A DNA stretch of 64,000 nucleotides from Candidatus Bathyarchaeota archaeon. Lineage in GTDB: Archaea > Thermoproteota > Bathyarchaeia > Bathyarchaeales > Bathycorpusculaceae. The translations under genes and the position numbers were made by a program. The notes below the pieces were generated by a model. The model saw only the letters and a list, made by a program, of their open reading frames with translations, had not been told where the DNA came from and searched no databases. Of the stretch, positions 9,460 through 20,906 are shown piece by piece (the first letter of the stretch is position 1; each line of letters opens with the position of its first letter). The DNA lies in assembly GCA_963770935.1 (NCBI GenBank), contig CAVYRJ010000001.1, forward strand, positions 32,001 through 96,000. Reading direction: 5' to 3'.

Positions 9460-11765
9460 TTGGAAGAGATGCTTAAAGTGGGCGAAGGAATTAAGGAACG
9501 ACTCGGTAATAGCTTATCGATTTTTAGCGGACTTAGAATGCAGGTGAGCCATGGTTCAATCATTGCTTTCTCAGCGCTGATTATGATTCTCTTTATTGCT
9601 TTCACAGTTCGTATTTTACCCCTACGTTGGGAAAACCTCTCAGGAGGCACAGCACTCCTAAATGAGTTTGACCCCTACTACCAGTTCAGCATAACCCAGC
9701 ATATGGTGGATAACGGTTTACTTTCACCTTATTGGCCAACACACTGGATTAACTTGATGAAATGGTATCCTAACGGATTAGACATGTCTACATCGTTACC
9801 AGCCCTACCTATGACAGCTGCCGTACTCTATCAAATTGTCACATTATTCGGCGCAAAAATCGATTTAATGACGTTTTGCTCCGTCCTACCAGCCTTCATT
9901 GGCAGTGGTATCATGTTTAGTTCTTTATTTTGTAGGCAAAGACATGGGTGGAAAAGCAGTTGGTCTATTTGCAGCTCTATTCCTCGCGTTAGCGCCATCA
10001 TTCTTGCAGAGAAGCTCGCTTGGATTCTTCGATACGGAAGTACCGGGTGTCCTTGGGCTAGTTCTATTCATATTCTTGTTTCCTAAGATCAGTTGATGGT
10101 AACAGGTCACTGCGCGCATCATTACTGTATTCGCTTGGCGCCGGTGCGGCATTGGCTTATTTCATCTCAGGCTGGGGAGCAGCATATTACCTGATTGCAC
10201 TATCAGTCCTGTTTGTCTTTGTCATGGTCCTGTTGAAGAGATACAGTCAAAGACTGCTGATTAACTATAGCATCACGTTTGGTCTTGCGTTGTTTATAGG
10301 AACAAAGGTTCCATACATCTCACTTAGCTACGTTATCTCAGCAGCAGTGCTTCCAGTCGCCGCAGTGTTTATCGTGCTTGTACTTGCAGAAGTTCTGCGA
10401 AACAACATTTCCATGAGAAGCAAGATTGCGCTAGCAGTCGCTTCTCTGGTAATAATCGTCGGTGGCTTTGTTACTCTCGCAGTAACGGGCTTCCTTGGCG
10501 GTATTGCTGGAAAGTTCATAACAGTTTTAGACCCATTCATCAGAGCTGCTTCCCCACTTATCGATTCAGTTGCAGAACAGAGAATCTCAGGATGGGGAAA
10601 CCTCTATTTGGAATTAGGCATAGGCATACTATTCTTCCTAGTAGGTTTGTACTTTGTATTGAAAAATCCAACCAACAGAAACATCTTCCTGTTGCTCTTT
10701 GCGGTTACCTCGCTTTACTTTGCAACTTCAATGGTGCGTCTACTGGTACTATTTGCGCCAGTTTTCGCTATAATAGCTGGCATAGGAATAATTAGCATGA
10801 CAAAACCGTTCTTCACTCTACTCCAAGAAGCGCCACGTACTTTAGCTAAGTCAAAGCGAAGATTGGCACGTGTAAGCAAAGAATACAGCGGACTCGCTGT
10901 CTTTGTGATCTTCATAATCTTGGTGACCAACTTGGCGTTTTCACCCCAAACTGGAGGGATGCCAAGAGCCATCTCGCAAGCCTACTCTCCGACTGCAATC
11001 AGCGCTTCAAGCCTTCCAGTAGGCGGAGCAAGTCTAACCCAGCCAGTAACGGCATGGCTTGATGCAGTAAGTTGGCTAAAGAACAATGTTCAGTCAAGTA
11101 CTGCTGTTGTAATGTGGTGGGACTACGGCAACTGGTTAGCTGACCTTGGAAACGTAACCAGCTTAGCAGATAATACTACAGTAAATAGCACTCAAATAGA
11201 GAACGTGGGCTTCATGTTTATGGGCAACGAGAACCAATCGATGGCAATGCTCAATAGCTATGGGCAAGATCGCGTCAAATACATCGCTGTCTTTGAAGTC
11301 CTACAAGTATCTCAATCAAGCAGCGGCTCAGATTCATACGTTGTAAGCCCAGCCGGTTACGGTGATGAAGGCAAATGGGTATGGATGGCTAGAATTTCAG
11401 GACAAGCAAAAACTAGACTCCTGAACGACGGCTTCATGAACCCATCAACAGCATGGACAAATGAAACACAATTCGGCACAAGTGACCCAACAACGGGCAG
11501 ATGGGTATGGAATGACCAAGGATTAAACTGCACCGTGTTTGAACTGTTGAACTATGCAGAAGTGCAATACGCCAACACCATGACCGCTTTAGGAGTCAAT
11601 GTCCAACCAGACCAAACAACGACAACGCCAACATACTTCAAAGAAGCCTACTTTGCAGGAGTACAAACATCACCCTTCCAATACGGAGGCCTAGTGCCGA
11701 TAATCGCAATCTACGAAATTGACTGGGCAACATACGACGCCCAACACGGCATAACACCGCCCTAA
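9460..11765 (+). CDS. aglB: Oligosaccharyltransferase AglB/STT3 (split by indels near 9900 and ~10085-10100)
   Basis: EFDPYY, WYPNG, SSLGFFDTE, SVAEQ, WWDYG and DNTT motifs across ORFs 9460-10086, 9899-10096 and 10152-11765. Confidence 0.92.
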
Positions 11766-11779
11766 GCAGGAGCAAAGCA

Positions 11780-12675
11780 GTGTTTCCAAAGGTCCCAGAT
11801 CAACACAAAGTTGGTCGACCTTTAATCCCCAACGGTTTAGGCGTTCTTTTTGTCCTAACCACAACCATTTATCTTTTCTCGATTTACTTTTTAAATAAAG
11901 TGGTTCCCACTTTGGAATTTGATACTTTAGTGAACGGTGTCTCTGCCGCTTTAACCCTTGCAGTCTGTATATTGTTTGGCGGTTTCATGGGTCTTTTAGA
12001 TGACTTTATGGATCTGAAATGGCGCTACAAAGCATTCATGCCCCTAATTGCAGCATTACCACTAATGTATTATGTGTTTGAGGGTTTACAGACTGGTGCC
12101 ATTCGAACTTCCATAGCCCTTCCCTTCTTGGGAACCTTACAATTCGGCGCATACTATGTCTTTCATAATTGTCCCGCTTATTGTTATGATTGTCACAAAC
12201 ACCGTTAACCAGCTTGGTGGGTTAAACGGGCTCGAAACCGTTTGCCCAGCCATCGTCATCTTGGGATTGATGGCGTTTTCACCCATCCCACATCCTAATG
12301 GTCGGACCCCTATTCTTCTGGCTCATCTTGGCCTTCTTTAACGTACGAGGCAAAATTTTTGTGGGAAACGCAGGCTCATTTGCCATAGGAATAACCATCG
12401 CATCATTCGCCGTTATATCCGATCTAAAAGTTAACCTCTTAATCTCCATTCTGCCCTTCATATTTAACTCATCAATTATCTTGCTCTCAATCTTCTTCAC
12501 CCGTAAAAGAGCCAAAGTCATCTTCGACGGCACAAAACTCAGCTCCGACAGCAGAAAAAGCCTTGTAACAATCATCTGTTACCGACGCCCCTTAACTGAG
12601 CGGCGCATAGTGCAGATAATCGCCATCGTAGTTGGGCTCTTTACGCTGCTTGGCGCTCTAATCCAACTTTTTTAA
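11780..12675 (+). CDS. aglH: UDP-GlcNAc:dolichyl-phosphate GlcNAc-1-phosphotransferase (MraY/GPT family), frameshifted twice
   Basis: DQHK..RPLIP, GLLDD, NTVNQLGGLNGLE and KIFVGNAGS across three ORFs. Confidence 0.82.
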
Positions 12676-12748
12676 GTTAGAAAACAGCGGAAAACAATTA
12701 TTGAGAAAAATATCTTGACCTTCATGGGTTTTAAAACAGGTGTTTACG

Positions 12749-15485
12749 TTAGGCTCCAAGGAAACTTTCAAGGCGTGTTAACCCAATAATTTCATCAAAA
12801 TTCAAACCCAACGCATCCAAAACCTGATCAAAAGTGCTATGCAAATAAGCGATGTATTTGTCAACGTCTACTTCATTTCGGGACGCCAACTCCGCCGGTT
12901 TTACTCGATCCTTGTTACTATTAACTTTTACAAAGCTGATGAGGTCGCCTGCGCGGAGTTCTTTACCGCTTTCCTGAAGAATTTTGGCGGCTTTCACGTG
13001 TTGAGGCGTTGTTTTTGTGTAGCTTGCAACTTCATCGCCCAAAACCACATGGAACGCAAGCTCACTCATCTCACCCCATTCACGCCGTTTAAGAGCATTA
13101 TATCGTTCGCGCACGATGGCAGCTATGTCTTTTCTTGCTTTTTCGAAGTCTTCAGGGTTCTTGACTTTGGCAAGTCGCTCTTTCATTTGGTTAAATGCGC
13201 CTTTGATGAAGGTTGGAATGTGTTTTTTCTTGCCCGTTAGCCCCTTCACGTCGACGGTGCCGTCTTCGAGAACGCCTAGGTAGTTTTTCTTGCGTGAACT
13301 AAAAACCGCGTAGCGGTAGACTTTGTCAACATCTATGCCCATTCCCAATTCATGCTCGGTGTAGTGAACTACATCTTCGATTTGTTCTTTAGTTGGATTT
13401 TTGAGGAATAAGCTGTCTGTGTCGCCATAGAGAACTTGAATACCCACGGATTTGGCGTGGTTAAGGATTTGAGTGATGCTGTAGCGTGCCGATGGCTGCT
13501 GTAGCTTCTGCAACAGGCGGACAGTAGAGGTCGAAGCTGTCGGCGCCAAACACGCCATAGCTGGCGTTTAAGATTACCTTGAGTGCTCCCTGTGCGATGC
13601 TGTACCAACTGCGAAGTTCCGGTGGCAGCGACTTGTCTTTGGCGCGGCTCTTGTACCAACGCACACGCAAATCTCGAAGCGAACCAATCAGAAGGCTTTC
13701 CAGACGCTCGTTTTTCTGTGCAGACCCAGTGCTGTTGTGTCAGGTATGGTGTGGCTTTTGCAGTTGGGGTGGCTGCAGCAGATGGATTGGTAGCCAAGGT
13801 TCCAGACTTTGATGATGGAGGGGTACAGGCTGGGAAAGTCCATGACTGCCACGTTGAAGTGTACGCCAGGCGTTGGTTCCACAACGATTGCGCCTTTGTA
13901 TTTTTTGCCCTTAATTACGGCAGTAGTGCTGGTTTTGCCTTTTTTGGTTAGGATGTCTTCGGCGTTTGGGATGAGGAAGTTGCGTTTACGATGCTCGCGG
14001 TGCATAAAGTTACGTATCCAGCGGCTAACACCTTGTCTGCTAACGTCTTCCATGGGCATGCTGGCAATTCTTGTTAAAACCAGAATTAGCTTCATTGCGG
14101 AATCATTTTCGAAACTGGTTAGTTTATAGGTGATTTCAGAGTCCCGCAGACAATACGCTGCAAGCTCGCTATAGTTTAAGTCGCCAAAGTTCTTGTCAAG
14201 TGCATTTTTTGGGTGCCAATTAACGCGCAGCCAACATCATCTAGACTGACATCTTTGTATTTACCGCCGTAAGCATAAATTTGGATACTACGGTTGAAGA
14301 AGAACTTGTAGAGGTCAATGTGGATACCGTATCGTAAGGAGACAAGTGCGTTTACCTATGTCTATAGGTATGTCGCGTTTACTAAAGCCCAAGTTATACG
14401 CGCGGTGGGCGAGGTATCGGAGGTCAAAGTCGTCGCCGTTAAAAGTTAAGATAAAAGGGTAATCCCATAGGACATCGAAGACTTTTTTGAGTAATTCCTC
14501 CTCAGACTCACAGAACTCAACATCTATGCCGGCGGTTAAGACTGGTCACCATCTGCATGCTCTCACGTTTAAGGATAAACACACGTTTTTCGTCCATCTG
14601 AACTGTAGACGGAGCAGGCAATTACGGGACATGCGCCTTCTCGTGCATCGGGCATCCGTGTGGATAGGGGTGAGTAAACTTCGATGTCTATGGCGGCTCG
14701 GCGGAACTTTGGCGCTGGGTACTCGAGTAGTTTAGCCCAACTTTTCGCGTACTCAGCATACTCCCGTTCTGCATCTGTTTTGCAGTCATTGAAAAGGGCT
14801 TTGATTTTGTTAAGGTTCTCTGTGGCTGTGTTGTCGACTCTTTCGATTAAGTTGCCGTTTTTAACTTCATAAATCATACCTGGCAACAATTGCTGGTCAA
14901 AAATGTAGGATTGGTAATACTTTATCTTTGATTCCCAAATCTTGAGTTTCGCTGTCCTAATGTTGTCAGCCGAGACTTTTGGGAAATCCGCTGGCACAAT
15001 GTCTCGTATGGTGTCGCTGGTCTTCCTCCAATGGCCAAGAGGGTCTTTAGCAGATTATTTTTGTGACTTCAACTTCCGGTTGTCGCTAAGAGGATCAAAT
15101 TTTTTGTAGACTTCAAACTTTCAAAGCCTGGATGATGTAGTAACTCGTTCGTATTCGTTTGGAGGTCGTATGGTTTTAGGTTGGTTACACAGTAGGGTTT
15201 GTGGCCTGTGTTGTCATACCAGAAGTAGAGGTTGCCTGACTCGGGTTCGTAGAGTTTTATGACTGCCTTCTTTTGGCGCCCATCGTAAGAGGCAGAAACA
15301 AAATACGAAGGCGGCAGGTTTTCAGGGGCTATGGGCGGAAATGGTAGGCGCGTCTCGTTTTTTGGGCTTAATTACCTCGACTTCTTGAATCGGGGATGTT
15401 TGAGCTGGCGCTTGCGCTTTAACCTCCACTTTAACGGGAGGTTTAGTTTGCTCTCTCATAAAGAAATCTAAAGATTACTCGCCAT
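12749..15485 (-). CDS. polB1: Family B DNA polymerase, PolB1 type (many frameshifts)
   Basis: WYDNTGHKPYC, exo I AIDIEV, exo II TFNGDDFD, region A DFPSLYPSII, region B QGALKVILNASYG, region C YGDTDS, KKNY, and a PIP-like C-terminus TRLESF. Start approximate. Confidence 0.9.
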
Positions 15486-15722
15486 CCCCAGTTACCCTTA
15501 GCGACTACATATGGTACAGAGAGACTAAAATCCTTACTGACTAAAAAAACCAAGATTTATCCATGGTTTAACTTTTAAAATTATGGACAAAAACCAGAAA
15601 AATCTTGAAATTGTGCAGTATCAATTACCTAAGGATATGTGGCTGTTAACATGAAATAACATAGCTGCTAGGTTTGAATTCTTATTAGGTGCACCTGTGT
15701 TTTTCTTAGCTGTGAATTTGAT

Positions 15723-17070
15723 TTGTTACGGGACGCTTGGACTGTTGCCATAGAGACTCTCAGTTGGATAGAAATGCGCCGACTCAACGAGCGAGCTGCA
15801 TTGATGAAAACAGTAAAACAACTCACCATCAAAGACCCAAGTGCGATACGTTTCGCTTACGGCTTAGTAGTTGAGACTGAACGTCGAAAAAACCTTATCG
15901 ACAAATTCATTAACACTGTGGTGGAACCCAAAAAAATCGGCGAGTACACAATGGGCATCCAAGCATTCCTGCGTTTGTACGTTTACCAGACGCGTGTCGT
16001 TAAAAACTGGGGAAAAATTAACCTCAAAGAAGCTGAAAACGTCGCATCCATGGGCAGAGCAATATTGGGCTGGCAAACTATGCGGGAAATCGAACCATTT
16101 TTGGGCTTTTTGCTCACCAAAAAATTGGCTCCAATCATGGAAACAACCAACTGAAACAGAAAGAATCAGCTTGCAAACTTTCCATCCTACATGGTTTGTG
16201 GAGTACTGCTTGAAGCTTTTTGGGCATGACGAAGCGATAGCACTCCTAAACGGAAGCATGAAGTCACCGCCAAACTACATCCGAATCAACACCTTAGCAG
16301 CAGCTGAAGATGCAATTCTTCAAAAACTTAAAGAGGAAGGCGTGGAACTGGAAAAAACTGAGCTTCTAAATTACACTTACAAAGTCTTATCATCCAAAAA
16401 GCCTTTGAATGCCCTACCAAGCTATGCAGAAGGCTTATTCTATGTCCAGGACAAAGCAAGCTGCTTTGCCACCCAAGCCGCAAACCCAAAGCCAGGCAAC
16501 ACCGTATTTGATGTTTGCGCTGCACCAGGTGCTAAAACAACCTTCATTGCCCAGCTAATGCAGAACCAAGGCACCATCTACTCTTTGGATTTCTCTTCTA
16601 AACGCATGAAAACCTGGAAAAAAGAAACTGCCCGCATGGGAACCAAAATTGCTGAGCCAGTAGTTGCGGATGCCCGCGTTTCTGTGCCCTTGTTGGGTGA
16701 AGCTGACCTTGTGATTTTGGATCCACCATGCACGAGCACAGGCGTATTTGCTAAGCAGCCCTCATCGAAGTGGCGCCTGAGCCCCAATTCAATACGGAAT
16801 ATGTCGGAGCTCCAGTGGCAAATGATTAACAACTGCGCAGAAAAAGTTGCAGTTGGCGGCGTCTTAGCCTACTCAACCTGCAGCATAACCCTCGAAGAAA
16901 ACGAAGGCATAATTGAGCGATTCATTAAAGAACACCCAGAATTCACCCTAATGGACATTGAACCCAAAATCGGCATGCCAGGACTAAACGGCTTAACACA
17001 ATGCCAAAGGTTATACCCACACATTCACCAATGCAATGGTTTTTTCATAGCAAAACTACAAAAAAAATAA
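15723..17070 (+). CDS. RsmB/NOP2/Sun RNA cytosine-C5 methyltransferase with NusB-like N-terminal domain (frameshift ~16150)
   Basis: QDKAS, DVCAAPGAKT, DPPCTSTG, YSTCS, ENE, GFFIAKL. Confidence 0.88.
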
Positions 17071-17092
17071 TCGACAATTCGATAATTAAAAA

Positions 17093-17689
17093 TCAAGCAG
17101 TACCAAAATCGCCCAGTGTTCTTTGGGGGGTTTCTTTGGTGAATAATGGATATGTTATTTTTGTTCCTTCGACTTGTGCCAGAGAGTTGAGTTCATGGTT
17201 GATGACGCTGTCTTTGCTTATTATGTGTTCAACTTTTATGTGCCGCACCACTAGGGCGTCGGAGATGAGGTTTCGGTGGCATCGCCAAGGCAACGCTTCC
17301 GCACACATTAGCGCTAAACGGTTTTCCCTTGCTAACGCCACGATTTTTAGCAAGTTAACGTTAAATTCTGGGGTTTGCATGTAGTCGGCGTAACCTCGGA
17401 AACCGCTGTTTTTCCATGCGGTGTTGACAGAGTCGTGTTTTGGATGCCTTAAGCCGCCGATTTCTGGCATGTGAATGTATTTTATGCCGTAATGTTTGAG
17501 GGTGGTTGGGAGGGTTTCCTTGTTGAACTGGGGGTTGTGCTTGCTACGGGGAACTGTACGTACATCCACTAGTAAAGTTACACCATAAACCTCAAGCAAT
17601 TGAAAAAACTCCTCCAACGTACGAGTAGAATGCCCAATCGTTAAAATAATCACATCTGAAGCTTTAAACAAACCACCAACTCTCCGCAA
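17093..17689 (-). CDS. DUF488 family protein
   Basis: TIGHSTR, DVRTVPRS, GGLR, ALMCAE...CHR motifs. Confidence 0.85.
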   Translation of the reverse strand: MRRVGGLFKASDVIILTIGHSTRTLEEFFQLLEVYGVTLLVDVRTVPRSKHNPQFNKETLPTTLKHYGIKYIHMPEIGGLRHPKHDSVNTAWKNSGFRGYADYMQTPEFNVNLLKIVALARENRLALMCAEALPWRCHRNLISDALVVRHIKVEHIISKDSVINHELNSLAQVEGTKITYPLFTKETPQRTLGDFGTA

Positions 17690-17879
17690 AACTAACTATA
17701 TGAATTAAAATATAAGAATACTAATCAAACGTAAACTAAAGGTTCAACGATAGTTAATCATTATCCCAAAACTGCAAATCAATTTAATTAGGAATGCTTA
17801 TTAAAACTTGTTTTTACATTGTTTGCTCGCAGATAATTGCTAGACCTTGTTTCAATTCTTTCCAGCGTTCCTCAAAACC

Positions 17880-18067
17880 AAAACCATATCCTTCAAGCAA
17901 ACACAGGCACCTAGAAGCGGATTATTTCTTTTCCAAAGTACTCGCAGGAGCTTAATCCTGTTGAGCAGTTATTTTGTCGCTGCCAGCGGCGAAATATCAT
18001 TTATGCAAGACATTTGCAGATGAGGATTTTATGCATAAAATATTGAATATTTATCTAATTAGCTATA
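17880..18067 (+). mobile_element. Degraded IS630-family transposase 3' remnant
   Basis: Frame from ~17930 reads FPKYSQELNPVEQ, matching the IS630/Tc1 DDE motif LPxYSPELNPIE. The region ends in TAGCTATA, an IS630-like terminus. Confidence 0.55.
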
Positions 18068-18089
18068 AAATAGAGGTGAAATTTATTGG

Positions 18090-18225
18090 TTAACAGCTGC
18101 AAGTCGAAGCCCAACTCCGAGAGCTCCTCAGGAACCTTAGAGATGCGTTCTGATGATGGCTGTTGAGCGACTTTCTGCATTCCTGCCTTTTCAGCAAAGG
18201 GCGAAAATTTTGACATTACTGCATA
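18090..18225 (-). pseudogene. Fragment of a larger gene (AVMSKFSPFAEKAGMQKV...LSELGFDLQLL), possibly GNAT-related
   Basis: Protein-like internal segment with no credible start. The F.EKAGM pattern resembles a GNAT motif B end. Confidence 0.35.
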
Positions 18226-18393
18226 TAGCTGGTGATTCAAAACAATGCAGGGACTTTAAACTCTCCAGTTCAAAGTTTTTGGCGGTATTCAGAAACCTTT
18301 GAAAAATCTTTGGTTTTTTTGTATTATTGGTTTCGACAAGTTTTAAAACCGTTGGGGTGTATAGCAGGTCAAGATGTTTTGTGAGGATTGAGG

Positions 18394-18904
18394 ATGAGGG
18401 GGAAGCCGTGGTCGATTGATGAAGAGCGTTATTTGCGTCAACTTATTGAGGAAGGAAAAGGCTTCACTGACATTTCAGAAACTATGGGCAAAAGTCGTGC
18501 TTCAGTTAAGAATAAAATATACAATTTGGGTTTATCTCTAAAAAGATAACACCCAACCGCAAATTCCAATAGCCGTATCATCATCACCATCATCATCTTC
18601 TAAAGCTCCAATCGCAAATCCAACTTCTCCTACAGATGTTGCCAGCGCAAATGAGGCTTGTCTCGAATTGAAAACGGCTGGACCATTGCCAAGTGTTGAG
18701 GAAAAGCTCAAGGTCATGGATGCTGCTTTGGTGGCGTTAGAGCGTCCTGGTCTTCGCGCGACTGAGATTTCACGTTTACATAATATTATTATGGGTGTAA
18801 AAGTGTACCAGCGGCTCTTTGCCGATTTTGTGAACTATCGTGCATTGGAATCTGAAGTTTTGGAGTTAAGAAAACAGCTTGCGGCAGAGAAAAACAAAAG
18901 TTAG
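18394..18904 (+). CDS. HTH + coiled-coil protein, putative terminase small subunit (frameshift in A-run ~18541)
   Basis: MRGKPWSIDEERYLRQLIEEGKGFTDISETMGKSRASVKNKIYNLGL (Myb/HTH-like), then a Ser/Pro linker joining in frame to helical ORF 18668-18904. Overlaps the terL start. Confidence 0.55.
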
Positions 18905-20334
18905 TTCAAAATTTCCTCGGACCTTCAATTCCGATGAGATTCAATCTCACTGGCGAGGCCTTCGTGAAGAATATCGAATCCATCAAGAGTCCAAGGTTGT
19001 GAAGCTCGATGCAGTTAAGGGTGACACAGCAAAGTTCTTCAGTGACATTTGTCGTCTAAAACCTTTCAACTATCAGCTTGAGCTAGCGGAATTATATCGG
19101 AAAAATCAGTTTCTTGCGGTTAGGTGGCCAAGACAAACCGGCAAGAGCACTTCAATCGGCGGATTACTACTGCAGGATGCCTACGAGAACCCCGACCTAA
19201 ACATTGGCTTCATTGGTCCAAGTTGGCGCCAAACGAAGCTGAATCTTCGGCGGGTAGCGGATTTTTGCCGCAACCTTCCCCAAGGAAGCTCCCATGTCCA
19301 GAAAACCAGAATTAGCTTCAAAAACGGCTCAGTCATTGAAGCCTTTCCAAACAACGCTGATACAATCCGAGGCAACACATTTCATCGGCTTTGGTGGGAC
19401 GAAACCAATTTCACCGCTGGCGATGAAGATTTGTATGATGCTATTTTGTTTACGTTGGGCACAACAAACGGTAAGTTAGTTGCTAGCAGTACGCCTTTTA
19501 ATCGAGATTCGTTATTTTGGAGGATGTGCAACCACAAGGATTATGCGGATTTTGTTAAGCAGCATTTTAGTTGGGAGAAAGCTTTGGATCCTTCGGGGCC
19601 TTTAAATCCGCAGATGATTGAACGCATTAGGCGGCAGTTTGGGGATGATCCAGCTAGGTGGCGCCGAGAAATGGAGGCTGAGTGGGCTGAAGACGAAGAC
19701 GTCTGGCTCTCCCAAAGCTTAATCTCCAGCTGCATTGGCTAAAAACTGTGGGGAGGACCTGCAGGAATTTCGGCCTGAGGTTGGCTATGAGGGCGAGTTT
19801 TATTGTGGTTTGGATCCTGCTCAAACTAAAGATTATCATGTGCTCTGTGTTGTGGAACGGGTTGGCGAGAAGCTACTACTTAGGCACCTGAAAATCTTTG
19901 GCCATCCAACCTATGACGCCTATGTGTTGGGTTACCTTAAGTCCCTGCAGGATAGGTGGGGCGGCTTTCGCAAAATTCGAGTTGACATTACCAGGGAAGG
20001 CCCAAGCTTCATTTTGGATATGGAAAACGCCGGCATCAACAACGGTGAAGGCGTTGTTTTTAGTTCTCCACGAAAAAGTGAGATGGCTGCTCTTCTTAAG
20101 AAACGTATGCAGGATGGAAGGTTTATTTTTCCTCTTTTAAATTGGGAAAAACCGTATCGGGGCGATATATGCAATGAGTTTAATGTGGAGCGGTTTGCTT
20201 TGCGTAAGGATGGCGGTTATGCTTTTAGTCATCCGCAGGGTACGCATGATGATGTTTTTTGGGCTTGCGTGCTAGCGGTTTTTAGTACGGTTGAGATGTC
20301 GGCGTTTGATCCGGAGGCAGCGCATTTTGGCTAA
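18879..20334 (+). CDS. terL: Phage terminase large subunit (Terminase_6-like), frameshift ~19740
   Basis: YQ adenine motif, Walker A PRQTGKST, IRG, Walker B WWDE, coupling motif SSTP, and nuclease acidic motifs GLDPA, RVDIT and HDD. Confidence 0.88.
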
Positions 20335-20470
20335 GCGCTCTTCTAGGGAGATGGATGTTGCTGTTTTGCAGGTGCTTTCAGAATCTTCCCCTCCTATGAT
20401 AATGACCCATATTATGTATAGAGATAATGTGAACGAGGTTGCTCATCGCTTAATCAACTTCTTTTGTTGA
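20327..20470 (+). pseudogene. Truncated winged-helix transcription regulator (ArnR1/HTH_45-like)
   Basis: Manual translation (TTG start): MAKRSSREMDVAVLQVLSESSPPMIMTHIMYRDNVN..., resembling the RS..E...IL......THIMY.ANxN wHTH pattern. Stops early. Confidence 0.45.
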
Positions 20471-20554
20471 ATTCTCAGGGTTATTCTAAATGATCGCTCC
20501 AACATTATACATTAAATTTATTAATAATATCCATACTGCATAAGGTAAAGGCGA

Positions 20555-20905
20555 ATGTCTGTGTCCCTATCAACCAAACTGAAAACTTTCAAGCCCTTCA
20601 AACTAGCATCCATAGCCTTCTATGCAGGCACAGGCATAACTCTTTTGGCGTTTTTACCCTTGACTGGTTTTCCGCCGCATGTTGGTTTTTTGGGAATCCT
20701 CAGCATAATAACTGCTTACAGCCTCTTTGTTAAGAGAGTTTGGGCACCATGGCTAGTCGCAATCCTGCTCATCGTAAACTCAGCGTTTGCTCTTGATGTG
20801 TTATTTTCAGTGGGTTTTAGCAACCTATTGGTTGGGTTGAGTATGCTTGGTTACGCTGTTTTAACCTGGGTGTTTACGGCTTACCTCTTGCTGAAAAGAA
20901 AATAA
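20555..20905 (+). CDS. Four-TM hypothetical membrane protein
   Basis: 116-aa hydrophobic ORF with a basic C-terminus. Confidence 0.65.
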   Translation: MSVSLSTKLKTFKPFKLASIAFYAGTGITLLAFLPLTGFPPHVGFLGILSIITAYSLFVKRVWAPWLVAILLIVNSAFALDVLFSVGFSNLLVGLSMLGYAVLTWVFTAYLLLKRK

Positions 20906-20906
20906 A

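Noticed and set aside
18575-18600. (TCA)n / poly-His-like short repeat
   Set aside because: Encodes the Ser-rich linker (VSSSPSSSS) of the TerS-like protein; too short and impure for a contingency locus.
17700-20550. Complete provirus
   Set aside because: Under 3 kb, with no integrase, portal, capsid or tail genes and no att-like direct repeat or tRNA target found.
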